Assembly (NCBI GenBank): GCA_051362555.1 | Contig: CM120647.1 | Span: 19,940,651 to 20,004,650, forward strand | Source: Lingula anatina | Taxonomy: Eukaryota > Animalia > Brachiopoda | DNA: 64,000 nucleotides | Direction: 5' to 3' | Notes under the pieces: model-generated | Databases searched by the model: none | What the model was told of the DNA's origin: nothing | What the model saw: only the letters and a program-made list of their open reading frames with translations | Position numbers and translations under genes: made by a program | Shown: positions 25,017-38,362 of the stretch, one piece after another | Layout of the letters: the number at the start of each line of letters is the position of its first letter | Position numbering within the stretch: position 1 is the stretch's first letter

Positions 25017-26755
25017 AAGATGTATGAATCAGGGTATTATTAGCAAACGAGTGAAAACACTGTAGTTTTTAATACAGTAGTACTATATAGTCAGTGCAGT
25101 GTTGACGTCAAATGGCTAGGGTATTTTAGACATTAGGTGGGAGTGATAGATTTGAAAACAAGACTGGTTTAGGTGATAGTAATTGGACTGCTCATGGGAG
25201 TTTTCCCTTGCTATATTTTATCAATGAATATACAGAACATAACTGAGAGTAAGTGATTTTGAATTGTTGAAATCAGTATGACATTTTTTTTATAAAGAAG
25301 GGATGAAGGTGAAATAAAGAACGGAAAACCCCAAGAAGTGAATTTGTTAGAATAAATAAATAAAAATTGGTAACAAGTTTCTTAGAGGATGTGCCACAGA
25401 CATTTCCTCTTGAAATGAAATGCATTCCAGTAAAAACAGTATTAGTTGTAAGTTCCCTGCTTAGGAGCAATAATGGCAACATGGATACACAAAGGAAGGA
25501 GGTGGAATACAATTTGTATCTATCTGGCTGGCAATACAGTACACCATGACTCTGGATCTTTAACATGTGGAAGTAAGTAAGACTGGCAGCCAGGTGAGAT
25601 ACCCAGGTTTTCATAGATCTACTTAAGTTGATCTGTTCTCACAGCATACAAGTTCATTTGGTAGAGGTGATGGAGTTATAATCAGACATGAGCTTTTCAA
25701 TTCCGATGGCTTCTTCTGAGATTTTTTTTTTTTTTTTTACCAGGCTCATGTCTGTATAATCAGAACTTTGAAACATTCAGTTCTTTTTCTTTTTTTATTT
25801 TAATATGACATTTTATTTTGTGATTTTTAATGTTTTTCTTTAAATTCTTCCCCTATGTCACCTCTGGTACCTTCCCAGTTTTGTAGTTTACTGGAGACTC
25901 TCTGTAGTTCTCAGTATATATTTCTCCCAGTAGAGGTGAGTTAATCAGGGCCTGGAAACTCAGGGCACATTTGACCCAAAGGGAAGTAACATAAAACTGA
26001 TGAGTGCAGCATATTACTGGGTAAAGTGCCAAGGATCACTGCAAACACTCCCGGTAATTCTGAAAATCCTGGTAATTGGGTTGGAATGTTCTGGACCAGC
26101 TTGTCGTATCTCTGAGGTAGCTGAAAGTGATACAGGTACAGGTGCGTGTGTAGACTCAAGGAAATGTTATGAATTACTCATCAACTTCCGGAAACCACAA
26201 GTCATTTTTGTTTTTTTGTTGTTTTTATTTTTTCTCACTCTCCTGCTTGATGAGGTGTCATCCATGTGGGCAGAGAGCTATAAAAAGGCAAGCGAGTGAG
26301 TTTCTTTCATACGCTCAACAGAGAGCAAGAGAGAGAGAGAGCGAGAAACAGAGAGAGACAAGATAACACAGATTACTGGAGTATTTATACAGCGTAGGGG
26401 TACATAAATCTGAAAATGTTGATGTTTTTTATGCTGATGATGAGAGGGTATAGGGCCCAAGGAAAACCGGAGAAAAAGAGAAAAAGTCATTGCAAAAGAT
26501 CAAAGGCAGCTTACCACAGAAAGAATAAGTTGCACACAAAGCCTGGGAAAACACAAGAAGGCAGGGCAATAGATTCCAGAAGTATGTGTCATTATGTACA
26601 TGTATGTGTAGGAGCTTTCTGTGTTTGTCAGATACCTGTATATGTTTTTATTTACCATGAGTGAAGTGATTAAAATGTAAGTGATCAATTTCATCTATAG
26701 AATATGCACAGGTGCATGTTATTAATATATGGAATTGTACAGGGGTTTGTGTGAT

Positions 26756-26796
<41 letters not shown>

Positions 26797-27247
26797 AAAA
26801 AACATTTGTGTGTTTCTTTATACAATGAGTCCATGAGGTGGTCATTTACTTCTGTGGATTGTACATGAATGAATAATACATGTATAAGTACACAAAATCT
26901 ATATGTGAGGATTTTTTAATTTCTGAATGCTTCTAGGATACTTGTATGTTTTTATTTGCTGCTAGATGACTTGTATGCTGAATACTGCTAGGATACTCTA
27001 TATTTTATTTACTGCTAGGTGACTATCATCCTTTTAGCCAATTTCATCTGTACATAAGTTTATGTTATTTTATATTTTTGCCAGGAACTTCCGCAAGACA
27101 TCTTCCGATTTTTCTCATCAGCTTTTTTTTTCAGAGGAGAAAATAATTCAGTATAACCTACATCTACATCTGTTTAAGAGTATCATCCACAACATTAATT
27201 AAATGTTTTTGCATTTTATTTCATTCCTACATGTTTCTCTCCTGCAG

Positions 27248-27382
27248 AGTCCTGGTAGTAACAATATTCACCACCAGAGGTCCCAGAAGTTAAATGGTCT
27301 GTCAAGATACCCCACCCAGCTCACCATTACTAACACAAAGTCCAGTAAGACCTCCAGTGGAAAGAGCCATGCCTATCAGGAT
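27248..27382 (+). CDS. Duplicated DYRK4 135-bp phase 0-0 exon, copy 1
   Basis: Identical to 46083-46217 with intact splice sites. Confidence 0.6.
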
Positions 27383-27778
27383 GTAAGTAGGAATACACTG
27401 ACTCTTGGTATATAGCAGTGGCTGATGAGAATTGGTTTAAGCTATTAAATGAGATTTGTATAAGTTTTTTTTTTTTTTTTTTTTTTTTAATAATATTTTG
27501 TCAAATTTTATCATTTCTGTTCTTTGGAATCCATATTAAATTATTTTAATCCTTTTTAAGTTTATTTTTCTAATACTAATGGCAGACAATCATTTTAGGC
27601 CCATTTTAAAAGTTTTTTTTTTTTTTTCATAAATGGCTATTTCCTACTAGATATAACACTTTAACCTCTTAATGATTTATTTCAACCTGATAGTAGAAAA
27701 AGAAAATCAGCAGATTCATTTCACCTTTACCCAGACTGCTATTTGGGAATAAAAGTTGTTGTCAGATGTTTACTTACT

Positions 27779-30700
27779 CAGTAGGACACATACTGTCGAA
27801 AAGCGGTGTACTTCGGCAAGTCATGATTGTTGTTTTGCTACGTCCGCGTAACAAAATAGCCCGAGAACGGCGACTCGTTGAAAATGTGTACGTTACACGT
27901 AAATCTATATTGCAAAAAATCTACAGTGGCTTGAACTTTTATATTTTAAAAAGTGAATAAGCATTTGTTCTTCTGTCGAAAAATTGCATAGTTTTACCAA
28001 TAAACCGTAAAGAATTCTTTCCACCGCGTCCTGAATACAGAGGACGGAATTTTTTACAGAACCAAAAACGCAAATGTCTAGGAAGGGACTATAATGCGAT
28101 AAATTTGTTTACAAATATAATATTCGCTTAAATTGCGAAAAAAGATTGCTAAAGTATAAAGGTTTTCAATTTTTAAAGGAAAATCCCGCACACTCTTCGG
28201 TTTGTCAGTCTCGACCGAAAATCTGGGAAGTTGTCAAAATCAGCGGAAATTTACTCCCGCGCAAAACCATCGAATAAAATACCCATTTTTGCCGTCATTC
28301 AAGCAAATAAACACCTTTATTCACTCTAAAAAGTTTCAAACTAACCTCAAATTTCACATAAGGTGCTATGATCCACACTTTTGTCCTAAGCAGCAGACTA
28401 CTGACCTTGAACTGGTTTGATTCGTAAATATCATGTGACAGAAGTCATATGTGACATGCTGATTGGGCCTTCAAATTATGCATTTCTTAAGTCCAGTGTG
28501 ATCACAAATAAGGTTTTCAGTTTATTAGGACAATGATTGCATGAAATAATAAAAATACAACTTAAAATTAATGCCGAAGAACCAATTTTGCCTCTCGTTT
28601 TGCGGGAGTTTGTCTGACCTATTTTCATTGGAAATCCCGCAATTTTATCACGAGGGTGGACAGGTGGAGTGAATTGTGCGGCCAGTTTCGAATTGCACCA
28701 AAACTTGCGGAAATTTGTGACCCACACATGTAAACTATATATGAAGATTATAATGAGGTAGGTATAGATTTTCAACAGAATTCAGAAGTTATACTTTATA
28801 CGAAAAAAGTGTATGCCTTCCCCCCAACTTCAAGATCATGTTCGGTATATAGTACATTTGGATATGTCCAAGTTGTAAGTTATAGTATACAATGTATCAT
28901 ACATGTAGTTTTGTTAATAGGGGGTGTTGTTCATTCTGCACTGTGTGACCTACCCCGACTCATTTACATCACTTTAGTCAACAGATTTACTTAATTTTTG
29001 GCAAGTCTGAATAATGATACGAAAGCAGTTTACCAGCGCGAGCACCTGCCAAGATTCATTTGATAAGTATACGGGGTACATATTTAATCTTCAATTATAC
29101 ACTTCTAATTGTTATACAGCTATATCTCAAAGTACATTCCACAATAGGGGCCTACAAATCTACAGTAGAAAATTTTTGAGCATCATCATATTAGTTCCCA
29201 GGAAAGCATTATTATGTAATTCATAGTAAACTTTGTAACGGTGCCTTATGTACCCCCGGTACCATTAACTATGTGTGGATCGGTTGTGGTCTTCTGTAGT
29301 AAGTTTTGATACATGTTCTCAATTTATGTAAATGAAAATGTTTATCTTTAACCATGGTCTCTAATAATTTATGTTGTAGTGGTATTTTTTCATTGCAGGT
29401 GAAAATGAAGAGTTTCATGCAAGTAACAGGAAAAGTGGGTGCTACATAATGTGAAAGTGATCATGATGATATCAATAACGCAACCTTTGTTTATGTATTT
29501 ATTTCTATACCTCTATTGATAGAGATATGCAAGATATATTTACTGAGTGTTTGGACAGATCTAAAGCAACTAAAGACATAGACTTGAAAGTAATTTTTCA
29601 ATAAAAGTTGATAATTGCAGAAAACCAATAGCCCATGGTTTACCACTTAATTGTTGGCTTATAATATTCAAAAAGAAAGACAGCAAAGGAATGGAAAAAG
29701 AAAACAAGGGAAACAGACATTTTGCAGTTTAGTATACATTAATCATGCCCTCTCTAAGAATTCATGATTTTGTAAAAAAAACATGCAAAATTATAATTTT
29801 GTGATTAATGTTGAAAATGACACTATCTTTAAATAATAATTATAAACATTATGAGACATGATCACAAAGCTTAAATATGCTTTGTGACATTTTTCTTTTC
29901 ATTTTCTTTCATATAGTAAAACTAGTATTCGCTGTAACAAGAAAGTCCATGTGTTTTTAAACAGCCGGTTGTACTTGATAATAAATGCAAATTAAGTGCC
30001 CTGGTTATATACAATGTCTTCAAATATTTTAATTGCCAAATGCCTACAGAGAAGTTCTTTAACATAAAACAATCAAAAACTGCATTTATAAATTATATCA
30101 CTGACAATGCAACACATGGTGTAGATTGTAACAGCATGATGCCTTGGTTTTGAAGGTGGATTTATTAGTATCATCATCTTAATTTATTATTTTTTTCTAC
30201 TATTATAACTTGCCAGATAAAATTGTTCAACATGTTTCAGTATGTTGTATATGTTGAATAAAGGATTTTAAAGAAATATATGCTTATTAAAAATACTTAT
30301 CTGCCAATTAAAATGAAGAAAACAATCCACTTATCTTATCAATGTCACATAAAACACAGATAACATTTAGAAATACATATATTAGCCAATTTAAGCTTGC
30401 ACATTTACCACTGAAAATTTTGACCAGCTCCTTAGATATTGTTTTTGTACAAATATCAGTCGTAACATCGTAAAATGGAATTAGGCTAAACCTTATACAA
30501 ACAGTAACATATATCAACATAAAAATAGAATTACCGACCATATTTAAAACAAGTATTCCCCAAAGTGCAAATAGGTGAAAATGTAAACAAACATTCAGTT
30601 GGGCTCGTCTTGGCCGATGGATGACGTCAAATCCTGAATTTTACACTATCTTCCTACGAAAACAGCTGAGGCATTTGTTTACAAGGATAGATTTGAATAA

Positions 30701-31054
30701 AAATTTAGCCACACAATTATGGCTTTTAAACACATTATACAGGCTCTGGAATTTCCCGCACACTCTCTAGTTTGCAAATTTAAAGGAAAGTTACGATGTT
30801 GCCAAGGAAAAATGTCACCGCGACGTGTGAGTTTGGCAAACATAAACTCGGTCAAATGAAACATTTCAAAATAAAATATTACATGGGTATGAAGCTTAAA
30901 TACCCAATTAATATAACATCTGATTGGAAGTATTAGATATTTACTTCTGCAGATAATATTGACATTTTTCGGTCAAATTTCCACTGTTTCACAAAACGAA
31001 CGCGACGTAACGTAATGGCGCGTGAAAAAACGACGTAAAAACCCTACGCCGTGA
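27779..31054. mobile_element. 3.28-kb insert at the duplication junction, probably a non-autonomous DNA transposon (unclassified)
   Basis: Unique sequence between the copies, with CpG-rich ends unlike the CpG-poor flanks. The right end reads (T)CACGGCGTAGGG on the minus strand. No long ORF and no clear matching TIR. Confidence 0.55.
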
Positions 31055-34000
31055 CAATTGGAATGTGTTTGTAAATGTGTGACATGTTTTTTTTTTTTTT
31101 CCTTCCAAGTACGTACCACTTGTTACTGTTAGTTAAAGCATGTTTTATGAATTTCTTTTTGGACAGATGATGACAGATGTGTGCATTGTTAAGCAGGGGT
31201 TTGTGCTATTGTGTAAGGTATGTGTGTGTATGTGTGTGTTTTCTTCTCAGATATTTCTTCTTTGGATATAAGAGATAAACAAGTTTTTTTACAAACTTTT
31301 TTCAGGCTGTCTTTTTTCTGAATGGAAACATGCCTTAAAGTTAGGTGTAAGTAAACATCTTACAAAGGAAAAAAAAATAGTCCAGTGTGTGTAATAAGAG
31401 GGATAGGACTTTTCCTCTTTTAAGAGAATCCTTTATGCCCATAATACTTAAATATCAAGGTAGTTTTAAGATGAAAGAAAAAAAGAGATCAAGTGAATTA
31501 ACTATTCATGTATTTCATTTATTGGGTGTGACAAGACAAATGCAAAATAATAATAATAACCATGATAATAATGACTATTGAAGCATTTTATTTATTAGGT
31601 GTTTAGGACACAGGATGAATGATAAGCAGGTCTGTGAATGGCCTTCTTTTTGGAGGATTCACTCCTTTCTTTTCATTTGAAACATGAAATTTTGGGTTCT
31701 GGATTTTATAGTGAAGTGTTTACAAACAGGTGAATTAATTGCAGGTATGAAGTATATTGTGAGAAGGATGTTTATCTATTTATTTATTTATATATTGAGT
31801 TTTTTTTCTTTATCTCATTCTTTGTTTCCATTCTTAGAAAGTACATTTGCAGTTTATCTGGTAAGAACGAATACATGCTCACATAGTAAAATGAGATTAT
31901 TGCCCAGCCATTAAGTCGGTTATATTTGTATGTCACCACTTTCCACTTAAGGTTACTGACAGTGTTTACATGTTGACTACTCCTGCATCGTTGACTGTCA
32001 CATTTTTTCACGCACACAGCTCTGTGTGTTAGGCTTCGTGGGGGTAACACTTGCCAAGATCTCGTGACCTTGTGGTTGATAGTACGATCTTGTGGTCGTC
32101 TGATTGAACAATAAGAGCAAAGGTTTGACAAATGTCAGGGATTGGTTTTGAAATGTATTTCAGATAGCAGGTACTCGTGGATCTTCTTGGCAGATGTTTT
32201 GATGTATGTGTAAGATATCTTTACGCAATAAATTCATGTAGATAAAGGTAATGGGACCAGTGTGTGTAACTTTGTACTATGAATTTCATTCTGACATTTT
32301 ATTTAAAAAATGCACTGAAAGATCATCAATAAATAATTATGTGAGAAAAATGTGAAAAAAATCTCAGATCTTGCAGCTTTGAGAAAGATTTATCAGCTTG
32401 AAGAAGCCCCTTTACATAGACCCAAGCGCCCTCTTTTGAGAAAAAATTTCTTCAGTATGACATAAGTCCACAACCAAATGAGAGAAGCCTAGTTTTGAGA
32501 TATCAGTGCAAGAATGATGTACACTGATGTGCTCTGATTTTCAGCTTTTCATTTTTTTTAATTTATTTATTTATTTATTTATTTATTTATTATTTTTTAT
32601 TTTTTATTTTATTATTATTATTATTTTATTTTTATTTTTTATTAATTTTATTTTTATTTTTTTTTTTTTTTGGAGGGTTGAGGGTGGCTTGCATGGTCAT
32701 AAATTTCTTGAAAAAAGCTTAATTAATGATATCCTTCCTAAATTGACTTGAAGCCTTTCAGCTATGACTTCTGTATAGTTTTACCCCTGGATATTCTGCA
32801 AGTTTCTTATTGCATAACATCCAGGTGCACAGTTTGTCACCGTCTCCAGTGTCAAAAGTGATAGTGTCACACAGTGTGACTGTCCCGCGGGGAGCTCAGG
32901 TGACAAATACGATACTGTCCTTTTTATCACAAGTGTCGCAGTGGACCTCCTTGAGGAGCAGGCAAAAGTGCGACGATAGCGACACAAATAGAGTGTGGAA
33001 GGAGCGCAAATAAGGTACTCAAATATTCAATATTTGCTCAGACGTAATAGAGCCGTCTGAAGTACTGTTGGAAAGAATTCCCATTCTTGACACCACTTTA
33101 TTACGGTATTTAAACCAGGAGGACCCATTCACTTGATGCTGTTAGATTTTTCAACTGAGTCTATTAAAGGGGATTTTTGAACAGAGTTGTGTAATAATGG
33201 ACATTTATACCCTTTTAATAGAAGAAACCCTACCACTTTATAGGTTAAAAAATAAACAGTTGCTGGCTGTGAGAGTTGCTTTCTCACACAGAGAGAAGGT
33301 TTAGGGGGCAATATATACAGCCAGGATTACCCTTAGCCCTGGATAGAGTTGCTAAACTTGGAGTTAGGTTTAAATGGAAAACTCATTAGCCTAATTGTGT
33401 ATAACACTCACGTCAACCTTGAATATATTGAGTATATTTTTATTGGAAATTTAAGGAAATATCAGCTCAGGTAGAGATCACTTGAGGACAGACTTCTTAT
33501 AATTTTTTATTTATTTTATTTATTTATTTTTTTTTTTGTATAATCTGAAATATCATAGTATATTTTATGCCATGTTGATATTTGCTGGAAAAAAATTGGC
33601 AGGTCTTTTTGTATTTTTTATAAGCTATATTACTTTGTGATTTGAGTGTTAAAGAGGTTTATGTTATGAAGCTTGAGAAGTTGCATCATATAGAAGCATT
33701 TAAAACCTGAAGCATTGTACCTTGGCATTTAACTTTATTTCAGACGTTAATAACAGGAGACTCATAAAAAAGGAACACTTTTTCTTCAGAATTCACCAGG
33801 AATCCTTTGCTATTTATCGTGTAACACGCTTGGTTTCCAGTAGTTCCACACAAATGCACAAGGCCAATTCTAACTAGATGTGGCGTGTAATTTTTCAGTA
33901 AACATCCCCGTTAATAAGTCTGCGGCAAAGTCAAAGAATCAGCCGGAGCACAGTCTTTAAGACTACAACCCCTGGGTCAGCAGGTGACGGTAAAAGTCGT

Positions 34001-35963
34001 GCTCAACTCCTCTTTTTAGACCTCTATAAAAACAATTCATTGGTGGGTTTCTTTGGGTTAGTATACATCTTTTAACCCTTGTCAAAACATTGCCACCTGT
34101 GCTGTGAGCACCTATTGCCCTTAGTAAATAACAACAGTGAAGTCAAAGAAAAAACTAGATGGTCTGATAAAGGTGTATGGGTGGAGAGGACTAAATTTGG
34201 AGTTTAGGCTTAACAAACAGGTTGCCATCTTAATTTGGGGCTTAAGCATTGTCGTCTAAATTTGAGGCTTTGCCTTTTATTAATTTATTTATATGTGGAT
34301 ATCACCTGTTTAAGAGCAAAAATCAATTTCTAATAAGGTAGTTATAGGTCATTTTGCTGTTATATCACCCTCTGTATGGATGAATGAATCATTAGTTGAT
34401 TAACTTAAAGAATCAGTCAAGAGCTTCGCCAATTTGTTCTTGTAATTTTAGCAACTGTTAGTTAAAGGCAAAGAGTTTTGGTGGTTACAATTGTTATTAT
34501 AGTATGTATTCATGTAGCAGTATGAAAATGTGTTATTTAATCTGACTAGTATTAACATGATGATCATATATATAAGCAGTCATTAAAACAGAAATGAAGT
34601 GTGGGAGATTACTTTTTTTTTCTTTTAAGTTTACTATTTATTACAAAAAGAACCAGAGACATGAAAATATAGTTATAATCTCTTCACCCTATCATTTTTG
34701 TTTCAAAATATAGTACTACGTGAAATTTAATAAAAATGTACTTTCCCTGTTCATGTAGCAGCAAATGTTAATTACCAAAATGTAATATACAACAAAAGAT
34801 CATTCATACAACAATAGGACATTAACAAGAAAAAAATTAATTTGCAAGTAATCAGAGTAGAATAAAACAGGCTTCTTTGCAAATGAGCTATGAATCTTTC
34901 CTTAATATAGTGGATACAATTTTTAAAATGCACACTTGAGTCCCTTGCCCCGAGGTGGAGCTGAGTGGTCTAACAATAGTGTCTGAGAACCACAAGCTTT
35001 AAGTGGAGATCGTGGGGATCACCATTGCATAAAATTAGGCTAATGCTGTATGCTAACATTTAGCATGAATGAACACACGCCTCGAGAAAAAACCTTCCAT
35101 TGAACATTCGTCTGCATGAATGCTCGCGATTGCAACGTGCGTTCTGCTCTTACCCCCTCTGTGACATTGAGTGCGTTTTCCATTCAACCAATCATGGCTC
35201 TATATTCATGGTTGATCAGAGCCGCAACAAAGCCCTGGTTTTATTCATGTGTGAATTCAATATTTTGATTATGCCATTTGAAAACCTATCCATTATACCA
35301 TTTGCCAGGCCCATTGAAAGATAAAGCATGGCCATTATATGTATGGTCAATACTAGCCATGAATTATCCATAGGCAGTGGCATAATAGAGTAGCAATGAG
35401 TGCCCTGAGTCTGTATGAATGGATGGGGAAGCTAAATGGCAAAACTAACAAGTGGTTCAATGGAAAAGTTGAAAATAGCTTGATACATTTTAAAGAGTTC
35501 CGCTACAGGTATTGGTTGCATGTAGTGTGTGGGGGTACTGTATTTGTATACGGAGGTAACCATCTGGAAAATAGCCTCAAAGGCGGCTTACGGCTCAGCA
35601 AAGACAGCTTCTGGCCCAGCAGTCAGGTGGGCAGTGATTGGAGAACGGGACTCGCTTAGCAACTCTCGCTTTACAACGAGCGTGAAGTCACGTCTTTGCG
35701 ACGTACAAGGGGTTCTGTCACACATACACACTCGCAACTAAACTTTTGAGGAACGCGATTTCAGTATGTCGCAATGACATCTGGGTGTGTGAACTTGGGA
35801 TTTTCTCCCTGGCCCAGTGAGGAAGATTCAGTCAAACACACCATAAGAGGAGGAACCACTTCTCACTATGTAGGAGTAGCTGGATAGGATAGTTATCCCC
35901 TCACATATATATATATATATATATCACATCACTTCACACCTGTCACGAATCACAACTTCACAG

Positions 35964-36008
35964 ATGTCGAATGTCTACTGGGGAGTTAGTTTTCCTAAGA
36001 GATCACAG
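35964..36008 (+). CDS. Candidate alternative first coding exon of DYRK4 (MSNVYWGVSFPKRSQ), copy 2
   Basis: Identical to 17129-17173 at offset 18835. Confidence 0.5.
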
Positions 36009-38104
36009 GTATGTCTCCTGATACAACTAGTTACATTGTATATATGTCTCCTGATACAACTTGTTACATTGTATATGCTGTATGTCTCCAGGTGATATTG
36101 TATTGATTTGTATCAGGTTGTATTGGTAAAGGTGTTTATTAGTATCTACAGTATCAAGTTATATCAATTAATGTAAAACATAATGTATCATATTGTATCA
36201 GTAATGACATACAGTTCATATTGTTTTGTATCAACATTGGCAATATTTGGTGTTATTGGTACATTGTTGCTTTACGTTTGAATATGGATTTGGCATTACA
36301 ATTATCGTTTGATAAATTATGACAGTACAAACATTTATGTATTTAAATGTGAGGAAAAGGTAAAAAATGACGCATGTCCATTTAGCTGTTGAACCATGAT
36401 AGAATGTACCGCCAGTCAAAAGTTGTTATAATGTCTTTCATACAGTTTTCAAGGCATAATGAGATAAATCCAAAAAGCATAGTGTATGTCAAAGTAAATT
36501 GGACATTTGTGTTGTGGAATGGTTCTGAAACTATTTTTACAAATCTAAATTCATTCAGAGATAGCATTAGGGATATTTGAGTGCCAATGTAAGCCTAACT
36601 TGAGGCTAAGTGTGGCAAAGGTATATTCATACACTAATAGTCCTTTTTCCCCAAAAAAATTTTTTTGCATATCTAAATAGAGACTAAAGAATACAGTATA
36701 ATGCCCACAAGCACTGGAGAGAGTCAGGGAGCCCAGATTTATCAAGTAATTATTACTTTACAGTATTATTGAAAAGAAGTCAGTCAGTTGTCTTATTATC
36801 TGTCAGTTATCAGACTTCGCCGCCCAACTGCATTTGAAAGGTGAGGGTAGCGAGGGCCTAAGTCATGGTTACAAAAGTCATGAACTGTCTTCCAGTGAGA
36901 TTAACAAAACAGAATTGCATTGAAGGCAACGCAATGCTTACGGACAGGTCATTGTAAAGGGGGTTATGATGGTTACAAAAGTCATGAACTGTCTTCCAGT
37001 GAGATTAACAAAACAGAAGTACATTGAAGGCAATGCCATGCTTACGGACAGGTCATTGTAAAGGGGGTTATCTGGACTGAAGTGGCAGTTGTCATTGACC
37101 ACTTCCATGAAATGTAGTGTGAAATTGCGTTGGGCAGCCCCTTTTTTTCTTGTTCTTGAGTGGATAGTTTTTGCTTTAAAGTTAATGCGAGATGTGATGT
37201 CTGTAGCTGGTGGCTGTTTTTGTTAAATTTCTCGTCAGGTGTAATTTGATGATTTGATTTGTTGCCTCATGGAGTGGAAAATATTTTGAGCTGTTTTATG
37301 TTGAAGAGCATTTGTAGATCCATTTTCTTTTATACTAACATTTGAGAAAAAAAAGTAACAAGTGTCAATTTTTGGATAAGATGCCTTTAGGTTTGATGTA
37401 TAATTTTGATTAAGTTCCAGACTTTGTTAACAAGATGTAAAATGTTTATTGCAATCTGTATCAATTGGGGCACAGTTGTGCAGCTTTGTTATAGCACATA
37501 ATACATGAGTACATAGTTATGATTGAATTGCAGGAACAAAACCTGCCATGTTGAATTAATTGAGATGAGTGCACAATGATTTTGAATTGATTTGGCAAGT
37601 TTAATTGTCACGCTGAGTATTGATATTTAAAAAATGCTTTCCTTTCCTAGACATGAGTTCACTCTTTTTTTTTTTATTATTTCTTTATTGTTATGATGAT
37701 GAATTTTTAAATTTATTCATTTTGCTTTTTTCCATTTATATATTATTTAGTTATGTATTTTTTGCATATTTTCTTCATTTCCCAGCTCCTACCATTGATA
37801 TCCGATACAAAGTAGCGTAAATAATGAAAAAGTTTGCCCCAAAAACAAATAAAGCTAGTTGCAATGCTATAAATAAACCTAAGCCACATTCAGACATGTT
37901 TCAGGTTAAGACCGGTTTATGGCCAGATCAAGTTTATAGATTATTGGTAGAAATCTGTGGAGTAATGGGGTCTCTGTGCACTCCTAATTGACAAATGCTT
38001 GCGGCCAAATTAACCCAGTTACTATTGAACAAATGTTCATGATTGTCTAAAAAAAAACCTTACAAAAGAGAAATGGAACCTGCCTTCACAGATATTGACA
38101 GTAA

Positions 38105-38362
38105 GGCTTCATTCACATGCAATGTCTATTTTCTAAATTCTATTTTCTATTCGCGGTATGTCTTATGATCACGGTCTGTGCCCTGAATATCCCGCGGCAT
38201 AATTACTGGCAGTGCGAGCCAGTTACTATAAGTTACTATAAGTAACTGGCTCGCGCTGCCAGTAATTACGTGGCGGGATATTCAGGGCACAGACCGTGAT
38301 CATAAGATAGCGCGTATAGAAAATAGATTTTTAGAAAATAGACATTCCATGTGAACGAAGCC
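38105..38362. mobile_element. PIF/Harbinger-like palindromic MITE, copy 2 (inside the duplication)
   Basis: Identical to 19270-19527. Confidence 0.88.

Larger units (their letters stand above)
12218..27778 (+). repeat. Segmental tandem duplication, copy 1 (15,561 bp)
   Basis: All track ORFs from 12552 to 27415 recur identically at +18835. Junctions read by eye: starts caattggaatgtg, ends gtttacttact. Confidence 0.97.

Noticed and set aside
25946-26100. CAGGGCCTGGAAACT hAT-like terminus
   Set aside because: No matching second end or TSD found.
27779-31054. Helitron or RAG/Transib RSS-like identity for the junction element
   Set aside because: No CTRR 3' end or A|T target, no properly spaced nonamer, and no matching second CAC end.
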